A DNA stretch of 64,000 nt from Takakia lepidozioides (taxonomy: Eukaryota > Plantae > Bryophyta): the NCBI GenBank assembly GCA_030704615.1, contig CM060732.1, forward strand, positions 53,754,001 to 53,818,000. The letters run 5' to 3'. Positions within the stretch are counted from its first letter, which is position 1; each line of letters opens with the position of its first letter. The notes below the pieces were generated by a model that did not search any database, had not been told where the DNA came from, and worked only from the letters and a program-made list of their open reading frames with translations. Shown here piece by piece: positions 39,140 to 52,973 of the stretch. Both the position numbers and the translations under genes were made by a program.

Positions 39140-39460
39140 TGCAAGGTGACTCTCATCAGCCCATTCCAAGTGTAACTCGGGAGAGGCCATTCTGTGCACT
39201 ATCTCCGAGAGGTCTACTCTCCTCCCGGCCATGGTTGATGGATCTTAAGAGTACTCTAATGGCAATTTGGTAGTATTGCACCTTGGTGCCCAAGCTTCGG
39301 TTGGGTCCACATTGAATTTCTTGACCATAGGCTCTTTCATTGCTGCTAAATCTTAACTTGTCCATCCATGTCTTCTAGTATCTGGGTTTATGCACTCCAA
39401 TCTTGTGCTAGGTGTATACACTGCAGGCTGATTATATCATCTTCTGCTTTGGGCGGTTGC
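39140..39460. repeat. Dispersed degenerate repeat; inverted copy at ~60160-60490
   Basis: CAAGGTGA.TCTCATCAGCCCATT and CTTCTAGTATCT.GGTTTATGCACTCCAATCTTGTGCT are shared with the reverse complement of 60160-60490. Confidence 0.8.
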
Positions 39461-39804
39461 TGTCGCTTTATAGAGAGTTTTTTTTTCATGTGCGGGGACA
39501 TTGTTTGCCAAAAAAAGTTTGCAATGGAACCACATCCATCTTGATTTCAGCGGTGCCCAAAAGTCTGGCATGTTCTTGCCTCAGGGCAAATTATATCAAG
39601 ATGCTAAACATGCAGAGTCTCGGCTTCAGTCAGCACATTGTCTTGTCTTTTACTGAAAAGCAACTGCTCTGGAGGCTATGCCCCACTTTGACAGCTATGG
39701 AAGGTAAGGACTGGCAGGAGGTCAGACCCACTACCCAGTGCTAGAGGTGCCCAGGAAGGGCCAGTGTGCAACATTTGAGGACTTCGCTTGATTTACAGTT
39801 TCAG

Positions 39805-42800
39805 TCAGCGAGGCCATCCCTGCCCATAGACATCTGGCTGGCTATATTGCTTGTCCCAGGACCACGGCCTGTCTGCTTCACAGCAAATCCATGATCATCA
39901 GATTGCCCATACAAGCATTCCACAGCATTCAAAATGAAAAGATGCTGTGAATTTCACAACAATTGGCATTGATTCCTACCACAATCCATGTAACCAAGCC
40001 GCCAATTCCACAAGAGACAAAAATGAAATGAAACCAATTTCACAGGCAGAACTTGGACAACTCCTGAGTCACAGTGTGATGATGAGGCAGACCTTCTGGT
40101 CCATATTTGGATGGCGGCACAGTATAAGGCACAGGCAGCCTCACAATGCCCTGCTCACCGCTGCCTTTCCAGCTTAGTGTGACAAGTTTTGATTGGCTCG
40201 CATGCTTCGTCCCGGGTTCACCCCCCCCTACCTTGCCTTGAGATCCATTACACTGCACCACAAATCGAAGAGTAATGTCAGCCAGAAGGTCATACTGTGC
40301 CACTGTAAAACCATGGGCTGATATTTATGCCGAACCAGAGGAGGTCCGGAGATCTCGCACGGCTGACAACAAGGCAGGTAATACCAGTGATGGTCTATGT
40401 TGATTAGCATATGAGAGAGAGAGTAGAAAACTTTCACATAAAGCCACTTGATTTTGTGAGGTAGTTCACTCCAAAAACTTGACCAAGTGAATGAAGAGAG
40501 GCAATTAAGACAAACCGTCAGTGCATTCAAAAGCAGGACAATCGTAGCAAAAAGAAGATGAGAGTTGCGCTCATTGCAACACGAGCAGATGACATCCATG
40601 CGGCACCTTACGAATTTTCTTACAATACAGAAGTTTTTCAAGAGTCAAAGGCTTCCCGAGGCGTTGTCAGAACTCATACACCTCCTCCAGGCAGACATTT
40701 GTAATTTGTGAGTAAGAACTTCCAAATGCTGGCAGCTGATTGCATGGTCAACAATGTAATGTTGCATGTGGGTCAGAATTCCTAGTGAGCACCGGGTCAC
40801 AACCTTATTGATGCCTTCAAACAAACCTTCAGACGAGAAGTGCATAGAGAAACTTGCCTGGAGAGATAAGGGATCTGTACATGAGAAGGAAGGAGCATCG
40901 GACTCAGAATCAACCATGGAGGGCAAAAATAGCACACCCAACTGCACATCCACATTTTCCACATTACACATGAAGATAAGTCTTTAGGCTACTTGGCATG
41001 GATGATACCTACAGCGGTCAAACAAATAGTGATCTACGTCAACCACCCATGCTGTGTCAAAGAATGAAGTGTGCATCTGATTTTCCTTGTACTGTCAACA
41101 GAGTAGAGTGAGAAAGGGACCTCATACGAGCGTATCATCAACTGCGATTCATTCTTGACCAATGAACCCCATGCAGCTTTGCTCAAATTTGATGATGTCA
41201 GCAAAAACCATCTGGCATCCACCCCTTCTTAAAGTAAGACTCATGGCCTGTCTGCAGGCTCCTTGACAGGGAAATCCACCATCACAGAACTCACCAGCGG
41301 AACAGCAAACAGTACTCAGGTGGCCCTGGCACCACAACATGCTTCATTCTTAGCAATTTTAACTATGGCTTCTCTTCACTGACTCCAGTATTATATCCTT
41401 GTGTTCCTGCAGATTATATTGTCAAACAATCCAATTTGGACTGATTTGCAGATTCTTCGACAAACAAGTAGTCATCCACATTAGCGATTGATGCAGATCC
41501 ATCTGCATTCAGGTCTCACCAGTACCGCTCCCGTTACTCCCACCTGGGCATCAAATTTAAGGACTTCTGCCAAATTGGAAGCTTGCACAAAGGCCAAAAC
41601 AGCCCCGAACAGTACAATCCAAATCATTAGCTTTGCACCTGAGAAGAAACTACAGCAGATATTCAGAAGCCTTACGCAAGGCATTGGTCGTTGTAGCGTA
41701 CGTAACTCTTGATGTGGGGCATTGCACGGCTGCCAGCAAAACATGTACCAAAATGAAGTCAATGAACAAAAGTACCTCTTGAAGTACAACCACAAGAAAC
41801 AAAATCATGTCTAAATCACTCCAGTACTACCCATGACAGACCATCTAGAGGATTTGTTACTTGTACAAACGTTCAGACTGGCTATCACTTCTCCTTGAAC
41901 CCGACAAGTATTTCAGGCAACCTCTTTACACAATCACTTCTGAAATACTCATTCAGCAGAGCCTACCTTCTACCTGTATGATCAGCTTGCCAGTGAGACC
42001 AGTACTTGGAAAGAAATGCTTTTTCCACATTCTTTTGAGGACTTGGAACTGCACTGCCTGCAGAATAACCCTGTAAAAGACGAAGTATCTGTTATGAGAT
42101 TGCTCTACAAGATACTGTCTGTCTGTGATCCATGAAAGACTGCACAATTTGTGCTAAGGCACCCAATCAAGACAAGTTTTGGCAATTCATTGCTCCAGTG
42201 CCCCCTGCGCAGCCTGTCACATTGCTTCAGCTGCATATAAAACATGCAAACTTGTCATGAGGGTAAGTACCTCAAGGGACCAGCGAACATCTTCCACAGT
42301 GGGCCAAATAAACTGAGTTTCTCCAGGACCCAAAGGTTCTTTCTCAAAGGTGGATCCTGCCTGCATTGACTTTCCCAGCTCGCCTACCCACTTCTCATCC
42401 AAAGAGCCCAGAGAGGAAAACTGCAAGGCCAGCAAAAGAGAGAGCATAAGAAAAGTGATTCAAGTGGAAGATGACAAAATCTCCACAGAAAGCTACTGCT
42501 ATATACTTTGGGCGCCATGAGTTTAAGTGTGCACCAAGAAACATATACCTGATAGACTAAGGAAGCCCCTTTGAATTGCGGCTCAAACACCTGCTCCTCC
42601 AACACCGTGCGAAGCTTCATATGCCCCCACTTGGTCAAACTTCGACCCCGATGGTAACCAGGTACTGATGCAACCAACCGGACCTGTAGACATACACAAG
42701 CAAAGAAGCTCCCTCTGATATCCAGCAGAGTGTCTTGACTGTGCATGTCTCGTTGGAAAGACACTCCGGGATCCTATATCATGACCATGCCCTAAGAACA

Positions 42801-45800
42801 TTACCAGAGATAGTTTCCTTGGATACCACTACAATCTCAGCAGCATGGGCACCATTACAAAAGGGTTGAGGTAGAAACCAGCAAGGAGCTAGCGTTCTAC
42901 CTTTTAGCAACAAATGCCTGCCTATTTGTTGAGAGAAATTCACGTATTCAAAGGACCTTGTTTGCTTTAAACTTAAGGCCACAGACCCCGAATCTAGTTT
43001 GGACACAGCAAAGGAAATCTTCCTCTTGATCCAACCCATTTGGAGACTAGTGCAAGTCCCAGTGCAGATAGATAGTGACCGTAGTTATATACACCCTGAC
43101 ACCTACCGAATAGTTACATGTTTCAGCTTGGATGCCAAGTTTGGACTTTTGAGGTTAGTTTGCAGCTGATTTGTGCTCTTGAGATCTCTGATCATGGTTC
43201 TCTTAGCCACGTAAAGAGGATTAGTATGGGTAGCGTACTTACTGAGGCACTACTGTAGTCAAACTTCCGGAAGAATGCAGCATTGATACGAACTTCACCT
43301 TGCCCAGGGAGTACAGCCATGCATCCTGGCCACTGCCAATCACAAAGGGATCTGTGTCACAGAAAGCTTTTGATCTAACAAGACACAGGTAACCAAGCTT
43401 GGGTTCAACAGACAACTGCCTAACGAGAGTAATCAACATGAGAACCAGAAATATAATCCCAGCTGAGCCAGCAACTCCAAATTTAAAGTTTGTAAAAACT
43501 CCATCATTAAGTCACAAACTTGTCACTTGTGCAAAGAGGTCTTCTTAAAATAACCTCAAGGGCTTGCAGGTAGTCCACCAAATCGTTCTCAAATGCTGAT
43601 GTCCCCTTGGAAGCTTCACTCTTCCATGGGAAGTCTTGCATCCATAGCCCCTGTGACTTATTGTTCCAGTCAACATATATCAAATTTGCCGTGTGCACTA
43701 CCACACGCACACCAGTGGAGTACACCAGCAACATGGCCTTTGAGTGGTGGGTGCCATAGCTTAGCCGCAATGGTGGTTTGAATGTAATCCAACTACTGTA
43801 ACCCTGCACAGTGTCCAGAGACAACCACATTAGATTTTCAGAGTTGTACTAGTGTTTGAGGTGGCTAGGCTAAGTAGTAGGTGGACATTTATGCTGCAAG
43901 TCAAACATTACCCTTTGAGATCACCTGGGCCCAGCAATCATCTTTCCTTTGGGGTTCTCACAATACTTTGTGACCTCTGACAAGTACTAGCATCATTCAT
44001 CCATTGCACACTAAGATACTGCACCGGTCCTGGTCATGGCATCAAATACTATATGTTCATTGAGAATTAGATGCAGTGTAGAACATGGGGAGCCCTTTTA
44101 GCTAATTGATAATTGATAAACAGTATTTTAAGATGCAAATCATGCCTGAAGAAGTTGCAGAGATCCCCCACTTTCTCCATGGATAACTACCACCCGGGGC
44201 ATATTTTTTAAGATTGGACACGCTGCAAAGCAACAGAACACACACCAGTTTAAGATCAGATCTGCAGCAGAAACAGGGATCCAGGGCATACTAGGTTAGC
44301 TTCCATAAGAAACTTCCAACCAAACCAGGGTCAGATTCTATCAGCCTCAGCATTGAAATGTACTCTGAATAAAAGATTTACTATGTGAAATTACTATGTG
44401 TGATTTACTATGTGGGGCCTGCAGCAACTCCTAATTGCGAGACTCTGATGGCAACACCACCACTATTGGTCCAGCACCTTTGAATAGATACAAAATAAGC
44501 TATAGTGAGTACCCATTGCTTACCAATTCAGTACCATTGATATGGCAAGAAGGGTACTCACCACCAAGGAGCCAGTCAACGTCCACCATGTAATTGGATA
44601 ATATTGCCACCTGCACCTCCCCCTGCAACCAGTCCACAATGTGTATACCTTTATTTGATGCATTTTGCCTTCTTTTACTACCTTCTGATCAGGCTGGGGC
44701 TATAACAAGGAAACTTTACATTGTGAAATTACTACATCTGCAGAGTGCCAAGTAGATGTAGAAATGTCTATCTGACAAATCCTGTTGAAAAGGCATCAGA
44801 GGCCCAAAGGCCCAAGTAGAAGTGAACAACAGGCTAAAAATGCAGTGTCACACTTAGATACATCAAAATTATGTATGAATTGAGTTGTAGATTTAGACTT
44901 TGATAAACCTGGTTCTCCATTGAGAGGAACAATGATGCCAACTATCATACCTGGATAACATCTTGAATGCTGACCGACCCATTGTTTGCCCACAGTGGCA
45001 AATTATTAACTCGCATCAGCCTAAAACTAGAGCTTGTTAGGCAAGGTGCTTGAGCGTCAGAGCTTAAGATTTTCTCCTTTCCAGACACCCTTGCATCCAA
45101 GCATGGGCCACAGTCATGAGACAATGATGCAGTTCGTCGAGTTGCCTCTCTGACAGCATTATCCTCCTCTTCCTGATCAACATAACAGACCAACACAACA
45201 CCCACCATGTTTGGTTCACCTTGCAAGACCACGGCCGGTTTACAAGACCAAGCCTCCTTTGGAACACAGCAGTAAATGGAGCATTCAACCCCTCAGTGAG
45301 CTCTCTATCTTGGGCTTCTGTCAATGCAACACAAGAAGGCCCCATTTACACGGCATCTTCTATCCCCAACCAATGCATGCTCAAATGGTCCCCAACCAGG
45401 CAGTAGCTTTGTCACCTCTGAATCTCTGGACTTTGATGCATGAATGTGACCTGAGTCCAAATTGAATGGTGAAGGGTTCAATCACAGCATCTCATGTAAA
45501 ATGCATGACAAATGAGGAACAAAATAATTGTTGAGAGACCGACAAAAACTCTGACATCCTTAAACGGAACATAAGTTAAGATGTTTCTTATGAGTTTACC
45601 TGTAAAGCTCGAGCAAAGACCTCGTCTTCCAGCAACTGCCTTTTACGTTTTTTTCCATTCTCTTCCTCGTCACTGGGAGTACTTGCAATAGTCTCCACCT
45701 CTTGTTTGCTGACAGCCAATGATGTTGACCATTTCTGGGTCTGCAGTGATCCATGCTCGCGTGGCTCTGATACATTAGCACTAATCACAGTCTCCACCTC

Positions 45801-47094
45801 TTGCTTGCTAACAAGGGCTGATGTTGACATTCTCTGTGCCTGCAGTGACACATTCTGCCATGGCTCTGATATGAACCTGTAAGGTAATTTCCCAGGTAAG
45901 AACTCGAGAACATCACCAGCTTCAAGAGAAGATCTCTTCTTTGGAGAAAGTTTCTTCCTTTCTGATCCAGATCTCAGAACAACTGGATTTTGCCCCTCCT
46001 GCATAACCCATCATCGCAATTTTCCAGACATTAGTGTGGAGCACAGCAATCCTCTTGTCTTTTATCTCACAAGAATTTCTTGGCATGGAAATAGAGGCAT
46101 GCCAGAACAGAATTCCATGTCCTTCTGAAGAAAAATGAGACAAAGTCCCAAGATCAAGTTTTATATAACCCAGGTGCTGTAGTGGCAGTGCTGGAACCAG
46201 TCGCATGCACTCAATCCCATGCAATTGGCTTACCTCACATGTCCTGGTGGGCTGACTGTCTTTTTATGTACTATGATGTGAGTGGTTCACTCTCCTCCCC
46301 TCTTCTGCTCTGTTGAAACCAGACTTCCTATTGAGCATATTTCAACATCACTCTCTCCATCTCCCTTGGTTGTTTCACTCCTTTGTCCTGCACCTACAAC
46401 ACCCTGAAAGAACCTAGTGAATCTGCCCACCAGCATGCTCCAACTTAAGTCCTGGAAGTGAAGGTGTTGCATAAAAATGAGAAGTTCCCACAAAAAAGAA
46501 CAAAAGACGTGTAGGACTACCAAAAAACCTACCACGGCAATCCCAAAAGTGCCATCAGGAGATGCAGTGATTGCCACATGCTTGCGGCTCACTTGCTTGC
46601 TGGAAACCGCCAAGTCATTCCGCCCAACAAAATTCAACCCTTCATAGATTGGGATGGACAGTGTCGAAGTCTCTGTCTCTCCAACCTCTTTTAATGCTAC
46701 TAAGGACCCAATTTGAAGCTGCCAACAGTGTACATAAGCTTCAGTACATCAGTCACCATTAGCATACTACAAGCTAAACCTAGCCAATTACAGAGCCGCC
46801 CTGGTCACATATTGTGCTGAAGAGAACACATATTGGGCTGGTTGTCTTAACACTGATGAGATTTCTGCAGCAAACTTCCACTGCTAGTTGCCAGAGATTT
46901 CCTAACTTGCAAAGGTGTAGTCGGACTTCTCACAGACCTCGCGTGATTTGGTGTGAAAGTAACAATTCCCCTAATGCCATAGTCTTATGACTCAAAATAC
47001 CACATATTGCCTTTGCCTGTTGTTGCCAGGAAGAGCCTAAACTGCCCTAAATTCCAGATCCAGTACCTCACAAAGCGACAGGCATCCCTCAATG
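39805..47094 (-). CDS. TDP1: Tyrosyl-DNA phosphodiesterase 1 (N-terminal FHA plus two HKN motifs); multi-exon, start codon not resolved
   Basis: FHA: VGRNDL...KQVSRKH (~46718-46532) and EGQNPVV. Catalytic region: [21 protein letters not shown]...[79 protein letters not shown]. Final exon DRPWSWD...PDVYG..WPR* (39872-39805). Confidence 0.93.
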
Positions 47095-48270
47095 CCTACA
47101 AAGCCATTTCAGTACATCTGTCCATGCTCTTCAACAAATAGCACTATCCAGTCCAGACATTCTAGATTTAAATTTGCAGTTCTCATAGCGATGAGTTGTG
47201 AATCGCGATGCAGGATGTGTTGGAATTGCATGTCCAAAGGGACTGAGCTACAGGACAACAATTCGAAACCACATTGTATTTCCAAGCTCTCAAACCTGTC
47301 AATCATGAGTGTTCAGATTTACTAGAGTTCAGATCCCATTACAGTGTAGTGCTCTCAACATAAGATGGATCATCTTCGGTGAATCGAAAGTCACAAGAAG
47401 TTAAAGTGTACCTGTGAGGTAGACATAGAAAATGAGCAGGCCTCCCTGACACCGCTTCAAGGCTACCTAGGAATCCCACCTTAGTCTCAGCGCCCCATAA
47501 AAGAAATGGCCACAGAATGAGAACCGATGGATGAAATAACCCAGGAAGGAAATTCACTTAAGCTCCAAGCACAGAATAGAACTGTGAGAACTTAAGTTGC
47601 TCTGCGAAACACAACGAGTGACGTGAAACTCTAACCACGTTGCAGATACTATTTCTGCTTCTTTATGCGCGTCATAATGAGGATGATTATCCACCGCCTG
47701 CTGAGCGTACTTTGGATCTGGGGGCCACGATGCTTTCTCAGGTTGGAAATGTCAGAAATGCACCTCGGTGGATTATTCTACTGGTGGTGAACCCTTCCAT
47801 CGAGGCGTGACGCCAGTAATATAATGTCTTATTAGGAGGCCAGGAGGTCCATGCTAATGTCTTCCCTAATGTTCTAGCTAGGTACTTCATTGAATTGCCT
47901 TACGCTGAAGTGCTGATTCAGGAATTGCGAATTCAAAGTGGAGGTCAGGTGTGGGAAGGATGCAACAATGTTGACTCCAACAAACTTCCAACTACTGCTG
48001 GTGGACAATGAAACCTCTCATGCACACTACAGTGAATGTGATAAAAGACTAAAGGATATGAGACCATTGAAAAGGCCATTGAAAAGACCTTTGACATTCA
48101 CTAGCCGGAAGAATGCAATTCGGATGGAAACAGATACAGAGTAGGAAACAATCGAGATGTGCAATGGTAGAGAATCATCCTGATGCTGACACAAAAGATG
48201 GGAGTGAGGCAGTTTTGTCGGGTTTGGTTGGGATGGTTTTCTTGCTTTGATGTGGAAGTTGGTATAATCT

Positions 48271-48898
48271 AATGAGATGTAGCCCCTATGTCAGTGCTGT
48301 GGAGGGCTCAGTGTTTGTATATATCTGGGATACAGTAGGTGATACATTCATGGTTCGGGATAGCTTCCATCTCTCCAGTGTTTAGCCGCTGTGTAGTCTT
48401 TGCCAATTAATCAAGTGTTCCTTGTTGTCATATTTGCTGCTCTTGCACCCACTCTATTTAAGTAGAAGAATTTGCTGCTGAATTTCTTGCTGTATTCTGT
48501 CAGGTCTGAAATGAGATGTAGCCCCTACATCAGTGCTGTGGAGGGCTCAGTGTTTGTATATATCTGGGATACAGTAGGTGATACATTCATGGTTCAGGAT
48601 AGCTTCGTAGTCTTTGCCAATTAATCATGTGTTCCTTGTTGTCATATTTGCTGCTCTTGCACCCACTCTACTTAAGCAGAAGAATTTGCTGCTGAATTTC
48701 TTGCTGTATTCTGTCAGGTCTGGAATGAGATGTAGCCCCTATGTCAGTGCTGTGGAGGGCTCAGTGTTTGTATATATCTGGGATACAGTAGGTGATACAT
48801 TCATGTTTCGGGATAGCTTCCAGTGTTTAGCCGCTGTGTAGTCTTTGCCAATTAATCATGTGTTCCTTGTTGTCATATTTGCTGCTCTTGCACCCACT
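48271..48898. repeat. Tandem triplication, units starting at 48271, 48510 and 48724 (~215-240 bp)
   Basis: Near-identical units starting AATGAGATGTAGCCCCTA...GTGCTGTGGAGGGCTCAGTG. Confidence 0.95.
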
Positions 48899-48919
48899 CC
48901 CAGACCTGACAGAATACTC

Positions 48920-49180
48920 ACTGAACATGTAAGAAGTGCAGACCAAAACAGGAGAACAACATACGAGAAAAATATGAAACCGTGACATGAACCTTAAAAC
49001 TGCACTCAGGGATTCCTGTCGCAGTTTCATGTCACATGTTTTTCGCGGTCGTTATTCTCCTGTTTGGAAACCGCAGGAATCCCTGAGTGCAGTTTTTAGG
49101 GTTCATGTCACGGTTTCATGTCACGTGTTTTTTCTCGTATGCTGTCCTCCTGTTTGGTCTGCACTTCTTACATGTTCAGT
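48920..49180. mobile_element. Fold-back / MITE-like element with ~100-bp inverted arms
   Basis: ACTGAACATGTAAGAAGTGCAGACCAAA ... TTTGGTCTGCACTTCTTACATGTTCAGT. Inner arms AACTGCACTCAGGGATTCCTG / CAGGAATCCCTGAGTGCAGTT. Confidence 0.8.
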
Positions 49181-49803
49181 AACCTTCATTCAGGTCAAGG
49201 TAGACCCAGAAGAGCTCCTGAGAGCTTAGCCAATTTCTCTTCAGCTCCTGTCGGACTGTCATATATGCATCTAGGTAGTGATTTAGTGAGAAAATGAGCT
49301 CGTGTGGAGCCCCAGGAATTGAGAGACATTCACAGTATAGACTGGCATCAATCATACTAAATACTTCAGTGTGCCCATAGAGAGGAATTAAACCCCAACA
49401 GCTCCTGACAGGTAATGCTCACAAAATAATTGACTTGTGCCAACATTGGATGCAGTTAGATTGTTTTTGTGACTAATGTGTTATCCACTGGGCAATATTC
49501 CACTTAAAACCCACGCCTGTGGTGATCTAGAGCTGTAATCAACCCACATTCAGATAGCCAGTGGAATGTGGGCCTCCCACAGACAGGCCTCTGCATTGAT
49601 TGGTGTGCCTCACCAATAATGAGCTGAAAACCTAGCCTTGTGCTGGCCGAGGTGTCCAAATTTGTCAATCCCTTCATTTTCCTGTTCAGTCCAGTATCAG
49701 TCCCTCTCCAGAAAGGATCATGTAGTGGTTTGTTAAAACTCTTAAATCTGAACTCTGCCACAATCCTCTGAGCCTTTGTCTAACGGAGATCAAATCTGTG
49801 CTG

Positions 49804-51152
49804 AGACAACTTGGTCTCCCTATACCTTCTCACCAACCAAGTTTGCATGCCATCATCACAGATCCACCATCATGATATTACACGTATAAAAGGAATCGTC
49901 GATGTTGTATCCTCTTTACCATTGCAAATCCATATACATAAAGTTCGATCTCACACAGACATAATAGGTAATGACATAGTAGACCATCTTGCTCAACTTG
50001 GTGTCATTCAGCCAATCACCAACCCCTCGACCAGCCCTATCCACCGGTCACACACATATCCGTTTTGGCTCATATCAACAAGGGCTAGATTCCCGACCAT
50101 AGCACCTATAAGGAATATGCACACACACATTCAAGGCGAGACCAAACTACTCATACAAGAATCCGGCACCTACAGAAATTCATACATATCTAAGTGGGTC
50201 TCGTCCCCGCACCTGCTACATAGTATATCCAATCATTTTTGGACATCCCCCAAGGTTACTAATGCACAAATCAAACAAACTTTGAAATTTTGGTATGGTC
50301 AAGACATGGGCAATCAACGATGGAACTTGTTTTGGCCATTATTATCCCCTAATAAACATTGCGTGTTATGTTCATCCCAAAATCCCTAAATAGATACATG
50401 GCCACACTTACTTCTCCTACAACCACCCCATAATTCATGGGTTGCGGGTAACTAGACATAACCAAAGGGTTAAACAACTCCACAAAATTCTCACTTCACA
50501 TCAAAATCCAGATGGTTTAATCTCATCAATCAAAATCCAGATGGTTTAATCTCATCAATGCAGGCACGTTCCAAGGTCGCCCACCGGACCACATTATTCC
50601 CCCATGGTTGCTACCGTGTATATGCTCCCAAGGACACTTGTGCCTTTGCCTTGCAGGGCTATGCCCAGATATTTTGCTAGTCCGGGGACTTCCTATACTA
50701 GCATTGCCGCCGAGGGGACCGCTTCCATCTCTCAAAATACATTTTTTGGAATTCACGTTTTGCCATGATCGAAATCCAGATCAATCACTTATGTACAAAC
50801 ACGAAAAATATGACCCAATCATACATGCCCTCCGTCAGCAAGGCTGCAACACGGCACCATTGACCGTCATCACTGCGGGTGTTAGGGGCGGTGCTCATAC
50901 CCATAATATCCAAAGTTTGAAAGATAATCTCAACCTACCACCCAAATATACTACACCTCTACTACGAACCTTGCATTTCACGGCTATTACATCACTCACA
51001 TCCTTAATCCTCAATAAACGTAAGATTGAAAGTGGCCAGCTAGCCATTGTGTGACAGGTTACGGTGCGGATAGAGCCCACCCCTGAAAGGGGGCAGTACC
51101 CGCAAGGGGAAGAGGCGCTAGCTTCGGTTGGCGTCATATATATATATATATA
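49804..51152 (+). mobile_element. 5'-truncated non-LTR retrotransposon with RNase H, Cys/His knuckle and restriction-like endonuclease (Dualen/RandI-like), degenerate, with (TA)n tail
   Basis: RNase H: DNLVSL...IHKVRSHTDIIGNDIVDHLA. Knuckle: HCVLC...DTWPHLL...RHN. RLE: PDILLV...FLEFTFCHD...KHEKY...AGVRG. Stop at 51054, structured 3' UTR, (TA)n to 51152. Frameshifts include a 29-bp duplication at ~50500. Confidence 0.82.
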
Positions 51153-51562
51153 CCCCATCCTTGAATTAGATGGTGGGTAATTGCTCACCCTCACTTTGCT
51201 TTGGTTTGTTTTCTCTTGTGGAGGAAAAGACTGCACATACCAGAGGCTCAATCTCTAGGCTCAAATTTTCAGTGCATTCTAAAGATAAGTTACATCACAC
51301 CTTATAGGATTGTAGCTAGCATGCAAGCACAAAGTAAAGCATGGTAAGGTGGGATGCTGGATGGGTCCATGTGTCATCATGCGTGGAAAGGTATATAAAT
51401 ACTCTGCTGCAGGCTTTGGGTTTATTCAAAGACATATCTTCTTGTACAGTAGAGCCCCAATTATATAACAGGAGCTTGTGCAAATATCGGCAAACGATAT
51501 GGGATAAATATTTCGTTTGCCGAATTTCTACAATAGTCACGTTAGCCCTTAGCTTTGCTCAG

Positions 51563-52973
51563 ATGTGGGCAGTCTTCTGTCCTCAGAGGCACAGAGAGGC
51601 CATACCCAAGGCGCGGTGCTTTCTTTGCTGTGAAGCTGCCCATAGTGATGCGGAGCTGTGGAGGTGAAGTGGGTGTCGAGCTGGGCGGTCTTCCAAGCCG
51701 CGGTTTCGGCGTCTGTCCGGACTCCAGGGGGACCGAAGAAAGTTGTAGGTACGTGAGTCCTTGCAGGTTGTTTTGGGTCTGTGAAATGTGTGCGTTGAAT
51801 TCATACAGGCTCCATAATTGTTCTCTGACCCATCACAGTAGAAATTGCATTCGTTTTCATCGGAATGCTGATATGATCGTTCACACAGAGGTGTAATCGA
51901 CACCCTTTTTCTTCTTCCAGCAGCTCCTGTTGTATCCTGTGCCTAGACTTGTGACATTGCTCATATTACCGCATAAGTTCTACAGTTCCGCAGTGATAAC
52001 GCTAGGTACCACAGGTGACATGGGCTTACGAGACTCTAGACTCATGATGGTTCAATGGTCATTCAAGATGGATAGAATGGCTCCAGTTTATTGTCGAGTT
52101 CAAGGACAGCAGTAGTCTTGTAAGCCTGATGATATCTAGCAAGAAGCCTATCCACGCAAAAAGATCTTTCTTTTAACTATCCAGCACGTTTGAGATACAT
52201 TACATGCGTTTGACAGCAGAAGGTTTCAACTGAGAGTTCTGAATCATGCAGAATAGGAGGGTTGAATCAGGCACACTTGTTTGATGGACTCCAGACCTCC
52301 TCCCTCAGCTCTGCTTTTGGAAGTGGATCGAGAGAAGGAATGAACAAATATACTTCTGTCACTTCTGGGGAAGTGAGGACACTGTGTAAGGCAGGACGAC
52401 TCAAAGAGGCACTGCACATTTTGGACCAACCAGATAATCAGGCAGACTGTAATACGTATGTCTGTGTCTTGCACAAGTGTACCAACATGAAATGCCTAGT
52501 AGAGGGTAAGCAGGTGCATGCCAACATGATCAAAAGGGGATTCAAGCCAAACATTTTTCTATTCAACACCCCACAGAATGCCTGAACGAGATATAGTCAC
52601 GTGGAATATAATGATAGCAGGATATGCCAAGCATGGGTATCATGAGAATGCTTTTAAGATCTATCGGCAAATGCAACAGGAAGGAGTGATGCCCAATAGG
52701 GTCACGTTCATTTGTGTTCTCAGGGCGTGCGCTAGCTCAAGAGACCTGAAAAGGGGTAAGGAAGTGCATGCTGACATAAGCAAAGCTGGAATTGGGCCAG
52801 ATCTCATTCTGGAGACTGCACTTGCTGACATGTATGCGAAATGCGGAAGCATGAAGGATGCATGTCAAGTGTCCAACAAGATGGTTAAACAAGATGTGGT
52901 CTCATGGAGTGCAATGATTGCAAGATATGCTCAGCATGGATGAGGTACGGAAGCTTTTGACATCTATGAACAA
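51563..52973 (+). pseudogene. Disrupted 5' part of the fourth PPR-DYW gene
   Basis: Leader-exon homolog (EAIPKARCFLCCE / VEVKWVSSWA) is frameshifted. An S-motif deletion with frameshift at ~52572. In-frame TGA at 52941-52943 where paralogs have TGT (QHGCG). Confidence 0.8.

Noticed and set aside
51072-51138. Known self-cleaving ribozyme (hammerhead, HDV, twister)
   Set aside because: No CUGANGA/GAAA core or recognisable pseudoknot by eye. Retained only as a 3' structural motif; an Rfam cmscan would settle it.
52941-52943. TGA rescued by RNA editing or selenocysteine
   Set aside because: Nuclear transcript, a simple TGT-to-TGA change, and additional upstream frameshifts.
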